From assembly GCA_008632985.1 (NCBI GenBank), contig QPGO01000385.1, positions 1 through 35,270 on the forward strand: a stretch of DNA of 35,270 nt, read 5' to 3'. The stretch's first letter is position 1. The number at the start of each line of letters is the position of its first letter. Both the position numbers and the translations under genes were made by a program. Shown here one piece after another: positions 22,822-32,228 of this stretch. The notes under the pieces are model-generated. The model saw nothing but the letters and a program-made list of their open reading frames with translations. It was not told where the DNA came from and did not search any database. The stretch comes from Psammoneis japonica (Eukaryota).

Positions 22822-24840
22822 AGGCGAAACTCCTCTACCAACGCACCGAGCTCCCCATCAAAATTGCCGAGAAACAATCGGACCGCTACTGCGTCAGAAT
22901 CCATGGATTCACACCAAATCCTGACGCCCCCCTGTGGGAAAACGTAGCAACGGCTATCGGCAAGATGAAAGCTACGGCACACTTCAACCGCCTGGACAAC
23001 ATGTCTTGCCATAACCTCTGTACAAAGCTGCAACCACCCCCGGGTACTGGATTACTGTTAGGACTTGGACACAAGTTTTGTATAGAATCAAGCACCCCGT
23101 TCCCACACAACCGCCGAGGCGTACAACGCTTCCGACGAACCATACGTCTACGGAACTTTATCGAGAACTCCGAACTCGTAAACGACGAAGACGGATACAA
23201 CCCACACCTATACGTCCCCTCTGATTTCGACCCTCCACCGATTGAAGACGGGACAATAGAACTTCGAATGATGGACTTTGCAAACAAGATAGACAGAGCC
23301 AGTCGAACAGCCAACCGCCAACGACCCCGCTTTAATTTGACGCCTCAGCAGCATCGAACCCTGTGAACATTGCAAAACGACAGACGATTCGTCGTGTGTC
23401 TTACGGACAAGAATCTTGGTCCAGCCATCATGGAGCGCGAAGTNNNNNNNNNNNNNNNNNNNNNNNNNNNNNNNNNNNNNNNNNNNNNNNNNNNNNNNNN
23501 NNNNNNNNNNNNNNNNNNNNNNNNNNNNNNNNNNNNNNNNNNNNNNNNNNNNNNNNNNNNNNNNNNNNNNNNNNNNNNNNNNNNNNNNNNNNNNNNNNNN
23601 NNNNNNNNNNNNNNNNNNNNNNNNNNNNNNNNNNNNNNNNNNNNNNNNNNNNNNNNNNNNNNNNNNNNNNNNNNNNNNNNNNNNNNNNNNNNNNNNNNNN
23701 NNNNNNNNNNNNNNNNNNNNNNNNNNNNNNNNNNNNNNNNNNNNNNNNNNNNNNNNNNNNNNNNNNNATCGCGAACGTACATCCGAGACTCTCACCAAGT
23801 CCTCGCCGACTTACGATCACTTGGAAAGCTGCCACCAGATGCTAAGCCATTCACAGTCGATGCAGTAGGAATGTATGCCAATGTCAACACCAACCATGCT
23901 CTGGAAACATTCCACCGGTGGTTCCTTGAGTACCCCGATGAGATGCCAAAAAACTTCCCAGTTGACTTCTTCCTCACCGCACTGGAAATCGTCATGACAA
24001 GAAATGTCATCCAGTTTGACGATACCTGCTGGCTCCAAATCGATGGTACAGCCATGGGAACCAGCACAGCCTGTATGTACGCCACCATGTACAAGGGCTC
24101 TCCACGAACGCCAAAGTACACTAACCCGATTCAACTTGAACCTGCCCTATTGTGGACGATTCATAGATGACGTACTCGGCGTATGGACAGGCGGTGAAGG
24201 TGAAACATGGGAGAAGTTCAAACATGAACTGAACAACTTCGGCACCTTGGAATGGGGGAAACCTCCGAGCTCAGTGACCAAGTTGTATTTCTGGATCTCG
24301 ACATCAAGATTGGAGCAAACCGGTGTGTTAAAACAAGAACGTACCAGAAGGCCATGAACCTGCACCTCCACATGCCCCCAAGCTCAGCACATCCACCTGG
24401 AGCACTGAGAAGCATTGTGCATGGAAACCTTTGGACGTATCGGGCACAAAATCCAAACAACAAGGATTGCCAAAAAACAGTGGCCCAGTTCTTCAACCGG
24501 CTGATAGCGCGAGGGCCACAACAGAGAGCACCTCAAGAACCTCTTTGTGGATGCAGCCGCCACTGTCCACCGGAAAAAGGCCCCACGCTCCAACATCGCT
24601 GACCCATCCAACACTCTTTTCTTTCACCAAGAGTGTCACCCACGCGGGATGGCTCGCACTGAAATAAGAAGAGCGTGTGAAAAAACCTGCGAAGGGCACA
24701 GCGGGTTCAACCGGTTAGCAGTGGCGCACTCAAGACCCAAAAATCTAAGAGACGCCCTCACACGAACACCACTAAAGGAACCCAACGGGCAGCGTGCTTC
24801 AGATGTTGTTAAAAAACTCTCTGATGCACCGGAGCTCTGA
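22584..24840 (+). pseudogene. PLE reverse transcriptase (one stop, several frameshifts, spans the assembly gap)
   Basis: Motifs TDKNLGP, DAVGMYANV, GTAMGT, RFIDDVLGVW, VFLDL, YQKAMNLHLHMPPSSAHP and SRPKNLRD; it ends without an endonuclease domain. Confidence 0.9.
23444..23767. other. Assembly gap
   Basis: Run of N. Confidence 1.
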
Positions 24841-24914
24841 TTCGGCGACTCCGTCGCGACGAGTCACCTCCGGTAAAAAACTCAAACGGGCTGCCTGCCG
24901 CGCCACGGCGCTAT

Positions 24915-25364
24915 GGCTTACGCCCGTTTTGAGTTTTTTTGTTTTGTGTTTTGAGTTTATTCACTTGCGTACTTGCCACAGTAGAGCATGCTTCTATGTC
25001 TGACAGCAGCAACATCAACTCGCTCTTTCTCCAACACCGTTGGAGTTTTTTGAGTTGATGATGCCTCACTCATTCTCATGCGCGCTTCACGCGCATTCGA
25101 GATCTATGATCCACACGATTAACTCACCATGCGCACCGCGCACGGGTGGATCTTTCTGATGCGGCTTTTTCAACGCCTGTAACGTCAGCTGCGACGACAG
25201 CCGTAGAAAAATGCCGATTTCGAATTTTTTAGCTCGAAAAACAGCCGACAACACTGATGAAGCGAAAGCGAAAGCTCACATCATCGAGCTTTGTATGTCA
25301 GGCAACTCTCAACAGATTGCTGTTGCGCCAAAGGCTGTCAGTACATTAGACAACCCCGAAAACA
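24915..25364 (+). repeat. PLE 3' pseudo-LTR (450 bp)
   Basis: Colinear with 20888-21337. Confidence 0.9.
25244..25303 (+). ncRNA. Type I hammerhead ribozyme in the 3' pLTR
   Basis: Stem I GCC-GACA-ACA / TGT-a-TGTC-a-GGC; core CTGATGA; short stem II GC-GAAA-GC; GAAA; stem III GCTC/GAGC; cleavage triplet CUU. Confidence 0.8.
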
Positions 25365-26781
25365 ATGAACAAACTCGGGAAAAACACCTTTGCCCCAACG
25401 CAGGCTGCAATCACCGCTGCTTGCTCTCACAGTCATCCTCGTGGACCCAGCAGAACTGCAGAGCACCAGCAGTCCGGGGCAGATCAGGCACAATGGACTT
25501 GGTGTGCTTGTAGAGTGGCAGCAAAGCCGCAGTCCAAAGAGTGGGTTCAAGCTCTTGGCCGTGAAGACACATGTGTGTGTGTCTTCAGTGACAAAGATCT
25601 TTGAACATGTGGGGTTCTTGACCGTTGACCGTTGAATGGGCATGTCAAGGGATGAGGATCAAGGACAGACTTGGATGCAACCATTGAATGCATGTCTTCA
25701 GCGACAAAAGGCAGCGCAATCAATCCAGACATCCAGCGGCAAGAGGAGACTTGACAGTGACATTAAATTCCTGCCGATGCCTGGTGTTGAATGCACGCAG
25801 ACTTGCCAATGTACAAGTGGAGTGTGTGCGGAGGTCCACGCAGAATTGAAACAGCATTGTCGGTAAATCAACGACGATGATGGCGGTTGCTCAATGGGTT
25901 GACAATGAGCAAGACTGTCAATCCAACAGAAATTGAAGGCAAATGGCAAGAATTCAAACAATGACTCCTTGCTGCTGTCCAAATGGCAGATGAGTCTCCG
26001 CTCAGAGACCATCACAGGAGCCGAAAGACGTGTGAGTCGGTGCAATCGGGCCACTGTCATTGTTCTTGTGAGCCGTGTGGCTCGAAAGCAAACTGCGTCG
26101 CGTGCACACGCGTGGAACTAAAGAGCACACAAAACTGTGCGCGGCAAACTAAATTGGCGCGCGACATTTCGCGCGCACCTAAATCCTGTTCAAATCCTGT
26201 CAGGAAATGCCAAAAAAGTCCGGAATTTCGTGATTTTTTGACAGGCTGGTCCTGATTCTACTACGGTGTGAAGGATTCTGTGCAGTTTCTGGATGTTCCT
26301 GCCTTTTTTGGCAGTTCTGCTGGGACCTGGAACTCCTTCCACCAGTGCGTGAATTTGGTTTTCCGGAGCCCCATTCTTTTGAGGGGCAGCACAGCACGCT
26401 GTCACATGGCACATGCGTGCACTTGCGACATGTCGCCAATGTGAACAATGGTTGGATGCACTGCATGGGCAGTTGCCCTTTTGTGCACATGTGACAGGTT
26501 GTGAGCAGCCATTCCCTTGCCTCTGTGGTGCAGCCCAGAGCCAAGTTGTGTGCAGATTTTGGCCACAGAAGGAGGAGAGGCGGTGGTGCTGGGTGGGCGG
26601 GCACATGATTTGTGGAAAAAGGTGATGGAATGATGTGGGCAAGGAGGGGGGCAGCAGAGCAAACACAGCTTGTTCTGCTGTTGAAAAAACAAAAGATTTG
26701 CATTGTCAGACAGCTCCATGGTTGGCATGAATTGCAAGTTTTGTGGAAGGAAGTTTGAGTGTTGCGCAAGTTGCACTGTGT
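25364..26781 (+). repeat. 1.42-kb direct duplication, right copy (includes an extra copia LTR at 25924-26202)
   Basis: Near-identical to 19361-20780; starts at the right boundary of the Penelope-like element. Confidence 0.93.
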
Positions 26782-26823
26782 CAAAAGGTGAAGTCAAGTC
26801 ACAAAGATGATTCTTGTGCTGAA

Positions 26824-27069
26824 TGACAGAAATTGAAGATGACTGGGGTGGAAGAAAACAATGACTCCTTGTTGCTGTCTAAACAGCAGATGAGCCTCCA
26901 TGCAGAGGCTGTTGCAGAAGCCAAAAGACTGGTGTCATGATGTTGATGCTGCTGTTGTTGTTTTTGTGAGCCAAGTGGCTTGAAAGCAAAACACATTGCA
27001 CACTGCATGCGGAACTGAGAGCACACACAATCATGTGTGACAAACCAAAATCTTGTTCAAATCCTGTTG
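26824..27069 (-). repeat. 3' LTR of copia element 2
   Basis: Shares ACAGAAATTGAAG, GACTCCTTG.TGCTGTCTAAACAGCAGATGAG and TTCAAATCCTGT with the element 1 LTRs. Confidence 0.8.
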
Positions 27070-27618
27070 CTCCCCAGTTTGCTCGAGGGGTCAACAGCAA
27101 CAGATTTGAGGTCAGACTGGTTGAAAGCCTTGGGATCAAAGTTCCAAAACATTGGAGGACAAAGGAGATTCCAGACCTGGAAGCAGCTCCAGTGCTTGCT
27201 GAGGATGTCAGCTGGGTTGCGGGAACCTTCGATGAAATGAAACTCAAGGAAACTGGAGGCAATCACCTCACGCACACACAGTGGAACAAGAGGGCAGTGT
27301 GTTGCTTGTGCAACTTGGAGTGCGGGATGGCAGCATTGTCCACAACTGACTTGTTGTCCCCAAACATGCAACACATTTCATGAGTGGGGATGCCAAGGTG
27401 ATGCGCAGATCAATGATCTGCTCAATGCATGTCCTTGTGGCAACAAACTCAGATCCATGCATGGCAGTCTCAACTGTTGCTTGTTTTTTGGAGAACCAAT
27501 CAGCCGAAACTCATTGAGAAAACAAAGGATGCTGGTGACAGAGTGTCTGGTGAGCATGCAATGGAACAAGTTTGCATCGATGCAGTGTGTCATGGTGATG
27601 AACTTGAAAGTGGCTCAG

Positions 27619-30198
27619 CCTTGGCATGTCATCAGCTGCAATTGGGCACCGGGACTGGCTTCCTCAGGGACGTCCACACCAGCCACCCTCACAGTGAGTC
27701 CCTCTGGTTTGCATCAGTCTGATCTTTTCTCCAATGTGTTGGTGGATGCATCACCATGTCCCAGGATTGATGGAGTGTTGCCTCTGCAACGTGACAATGA
27801 CCAGTTCCTCATGGACGTCGTTTTGGAGTCGTTGCAATTTTCCTCCCAGGAAACAAGGTGGATCAACTGTTGTCATCTGTGCCTCAAGGTGCTCACAATT
27901 TCTGACATTGCTTTGGCAGATGGCCGCCATCTGGATGAGTCTAAAGTCTGCAGTGATCCTGCACATCTCAGCAGTGTCGGCACTCTTGACAATGTTGAAC
28001 AGACTGAACCTTGTCACAAGGCATGGGCTCCCTGGTTTCGGCTTTGCGAAATGTTGTGCAAAGATGGGTCTACAAGTTTATGAGCTCCTTTGGGTGACTG
28101 GTCAGTTCCTCCTTCCCAGATGTGCATGCAAGCTTCTGCCCATTGGTCTCCAGAAGAATTGCATTTGTGTGTGAGATCTCCTTCTGGATTTGACGTTTTT
28201 CTCATCCAAGACACAGTCGCCACATCACTGCATCAGACAGAAACTGTTCCTGCTCCATCAGAATCATCCTTTCCAGTGGAGACAGACTCTGTGGACGATG
28301 GACGTTGGAAATGTGTTCCTCACAGATCGTGTTTGACAGTTGACGCACCACCTCCGTCACCAGAGTTTTTCAGTGACCTTCTGCAAGCACTGTCTCCCTG
28401 GGAGTCCGTCTTTTTCAAGGACACAGAATTCCATGTCTCCCTTTTTGAATTGGTGGATTGCATTGTAACAAATTGACTGACATCAGGCAGTGATGGGTCC
28501 GTGATTCTTCAGGATGCTGCATTTGGGTGGACTGTTGCATTCAATGGACAACCATTGATCGACTGTGCCGGTCCAGTGTTTGGCAGGAATCCATCTTTGT
28601 GCCATGCGGAAGTGTCATGTGGATTTCTCTCCCTGACAAGATTTGTTTTCCGGTTGCTCGAGTGTTGCAAAATGTCATCTTATGAGGGAGTTGATGATTG
28701 GTGCGACAACAAGGCTCTCATTCATGTCATTTCCCGCCCAACTGACAGCCGTCCTTCCATTGATCCTTCACCCCACATGCACCCTGACCCAGACTTTCAC
28801 CTTTGGAAGCATGGTGCTAATGTCTTGTTGTCTGATTGGGACATTGTGAACGAAATCTGTCAGACTTTCATGGATGTCAAAAGTCTTCTAAACACATCCT
28901 CCTCTGGTCAAGCTCCCGCTCTTGAGTGGCCACTCTTGAGTGGGTAAAAGGACATCAAGATCGTCATCATCCGGTTGAAATCCTTCCTCTCAACGCTCAA
29001 ATTAACATGCGTGCTGACAAGCTGGCTGGCCACTTCCAAGGTCATTGTGAGTTTGACATGGCCACAACACTCCCACTCCCTCACTGCCAGTCTCATCTCC
29101 ATCTTCGCAATGGGACCATCACCGCAGGTCTTAAATCTACAGTCTGCCATGCAGCTGGCTGCGGCTCCCGCCCTTCTTGCATGTGTTCGAGAGTGCAATG
29201 ACTGGGATGAATCCACCACAGACAAGATGGGCTGGAAGGTGCATGCCACATTGGTGCAATGACATTCCAAGAAACACGTGTCTGCCGTTAAGTTGATCCA
29301 TGAACTGCTGCCAACAAACAAGATTGCTCACTGATGCAATCCAGTCCGGCCACATCATTGTCTCTCTTGTGACTGTCCAATGGAGGACAGGGATCACATC
29401 CTTTGGTGTCTGGCCAATGAAGCATGGAGACACAAATTCTTGCAGGGTTTACAAAAATGCTGCGACAAGTTTGATGCAATGCCTCCTCTCCGGGATCTTC
29501 TTTTGTCCTCAACAGAAGCATGGTCAACAGTGAGATTGCATGCAATGATGATGTTCCCCAATTGTCACATCCTCTTTGGTGCTCCTGGTCAGACATCAGA
29601 TGGAGACAAGTGTTCAATGGCTGGCATTCTACCCAGTGGAATGTGTTTCAGGAGATGCACCTTCATGACATTGGACTGTTGGACAAATGCAGAAAAAAGA
29701 ACCGCCTGCCTCCCAATTGGGCGGCACAGATTAGGACTCACATTTGGAAATCCTGGTGGGCTGTGGGAGGAGCACAATAAAAAGGTCCACGGTCATGATG
29801 CAGACACCAGGCAGTCAACCTTGAGAAGACAGGCAGAGGCCAAGCTCACGGCTGTGTGTGACAAAAGACAAGAGTGCCTGGCAAAAGACAGAGACACGCT
29901 GATGGATTTGGCAGAGGATCACCGATCCCACTCCACTTTGCGGACAATGAACTGGATTGCAATGGTTGAACCACGGCTGAGAGACAGCCTCAAGAAAGCA
30001 AAGCGCTCTGTGCTTTGTGGCACTCACTCTGTGGCTGGTTATTTTGGCGGGGTGTCACCTTCTGGTGACACCCACTCTGGCCAATCTGTGCAGGCTCCTG
30101 CCACACCAAAAGGTGCACTGGGAGTGTGGGTCAGCCGGCACCAGCCTGGCTGGCAAAGGAGTGACAGCACTTTAAAAACAGATCTGTTTTTTTTTTTT
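27619..30198 (+). mobile_element. 5'-truncated non-LTR retrotransposon (LINE) with RNase H and a CCHC finger
   Basis: 11-bp TSD AAGTGGCTCAG at 27608-27618 and 30199-30209; motifs SDGS, CDNKAL, WVKGHQD, NMRADKLA and CLSCDCPMEDRDHILWC; ends in T12. Confidence 0.85.
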
Positions 30199-31993
30199 AA
30201 GTGGCTCAGGCGCATCTTGCGGAAGCAGCTCTTCCACCTCCCCATGCACAGATTGGGCCCAGTCACACACCGGCTTGGGAAGGTCCGAATGGCTGGGATC
30301 CTCGGTGTGCACTTGGAGGGCACCATGACACATCTTGGAGAGCAATCTGCAGATGCATTTGGCATGGTCTGGGTGACCTTGACGGGTCACTGCATGGGAG
30401 CCAGACAGGGACATGACAGCCGTGGCAATGTCAATGCAACCAAAGGATGCAGCCCATTTTGCAGGGAGCCAATCAAGGACTGGAATTGGTGGATGCCATC
30501 CGGTCTGAGCAATTCAGAGGTGTTGAGCTCAGGGTGGTCTCCCTTGTTAAGGGGTGAAAGCACATCAGTGCGGGGCTTCTCCCCAAAGAGGCACGCGCAG
30601 TTGTCAACCATGCGCTCAATGCACTTGCGAGGAGCAAGGCACAGGGTGCCATCTGGATCACCGGTGAAGTCGCAACCAAGATGGAACTTTAATGGTCCAG
30701 TGCCCTTGAGCTTGAACTTGCATTTCTCCATGAGAGTGTCTGCGCAAGACTGGGGGTCCTTCATGGCAAAGGCCAGGTCATCCACATGCACTGCCGCACA
30801 TTTGCAGTGGTCGCCATTCCCACGCAGCCAGATGTCAGGTTTGGCTTTGAACAGGAAGAAACCTTCGGCACGCAAGCAATTGGCAAAGCATTCATGCCAC
30901 CTGAGGCCAGAGCTGTGGAGTCCATGCAAGGCCTTGTGGATGACAAGGATGTGTCCTTCCAGCCAGCCAAATTCGGGGCCTGCTGCAATGTGCAGAGTCT
31001 CCTTGGTTGCAGCTTTGAGACAGTCATTCCCAATGTCAGTGGTGCAAGTCTCCAGTTCATTGAGTTTGGCTGGGAAGATCATCATTCGCAGGCTGCAGAG
31101 AGACACTGCTCTGGAACAGACACTGTCGATGGGTGCATCTGTGAGGAGGTGTCCATTGGCAACAAGTCCTGCTTTGTGCCATCCATCGTGTTTGACATTG
31201 TAGATGAGATGCACCCCAATCTTCTTGTGTCCTGATGGTGGAGCGCTGGAGTCCTTGCAATGTCCACAGTGGTGGAAGACCTCACACTCATCAAGCTGAG
31301 TCATCTCAATGTCCGTTGCGTCTCCCCACTTGCGGTTGCTGTTGCACTCATCAAGGGTGGCCAAGGCATGCTTGCAGTCACAGGGCACTTCATGCCCGCA
31401 CTTGCATCTTGGCGCAGTGCAAAAGGAGCACAACTTGGCTTTGTTGGCCATGCAGAACAGCTTCTTCTGGTGCAGAGCTGTGGTCTGGGAGCATTTCCAG
31501 CCATCTGTCTTGAGAAAAACCATGTTTGCATGCATGGATGGTGCAGATGATGGGATTGTCCTTGGCAATGATGGCAAGGGGTTCAGACATGATCTCCCCA
31601 TTCTCCCATTCAAGCATGATGTTGCAGCTTGAGCCTTTCCAAGAGGGACCATGGGGTTACAATGGTTCTTCATGCAAGATGATGCGTTGGAACTTCCAGA
31701 GGGTAGAATCCTCATCTTCTTGCTTGATGTGGTGCATGATGTCATTGCAGGTGAGGACTTCCTTGCATTCGTCATTGTTGACAGAGCAAATGAACTTGAC
31801 CAGTTCCGGGTTGTCTCCAATTTTCCAGTCATGGTCTTCAATGGCTTTGACAATGCAGGCTCTGTGGCATTGTCGGTCCTCTTGTGGCTTCATGAGGAAG
31901 GTGCATCTGATGATGTCCTTGGGGTCAAAGACCAGCATTTTGGGCATCCTGATTGCCTCCCCATCTGGTGAATCTGGTGAATCCTTGGAGTCG

Positions 31994-32228
31994 TGTCACC
32001 AAAGATGCATCAAAGTAGCTTGTGTCAGAAAGAGCAAGAGCTCAAGGTTGCAATGGAATGGCAGAAGTCATTGTCAAAAGTTCTCCATGGAGAAATTATG
32101 AGAGAAAACTGAGGAGAGATCTCAACCATCAGATTTGTGAGAAGAGAAGAGATTTGAATCTCAATGAAACAAGCAACACATGGAAATGTCTGAAATGATG
32201 TTGACAAAATGACTTTGACATTTTGACT
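31994..32228 (-). repeat. Putative 3' LTR of copia element 3
   Basis: Lies between the PPT and the copia 2 breakpoint, with plus-strand ends TGTCA...TGACT. The partner LTR is not in the window. Confidence 0.6.

Larger units (their letters stand above)
20779..25364 (+). mobile_element. Endonuclease-deficient Penelope-like element (Athena/Coprina-type architecture)
   Basis: 450-bp direct pLTRs, an inverted partial pLTR at the 5' end, a coiled-coil/basic ORF1, and a PLE-type RT with no GIY-YIG domain. Confidence 0.88.
26824..31993 (-). mobile_element. Copia element 2 (relative of element 1), 3' portion, more decayed; interrupted by a LINE and by copia 3
   Basis: 3' LTR 26824-27069 similar to the element 1 LTR; PPT GGGGAG at 27070-27075; RNase H at 27076-27618; RT at 30199-31993 (HKAGLVANGH, KALHGL, HVDDL, LNKGDHP). 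Confidence 0.88.

Noticed and set aside
25924..26202. Solo LTR or separate copia insertion
   Set aside because: It is part of the 1.42-kb duplication and has the same flanks as the 5' LTR.
29380..31203. 607-aa ORF
   Set aside because: A chimera of the LINE C-terminus, its 3' UTR and the antisense strand of the copia 2 RT; not a gene.
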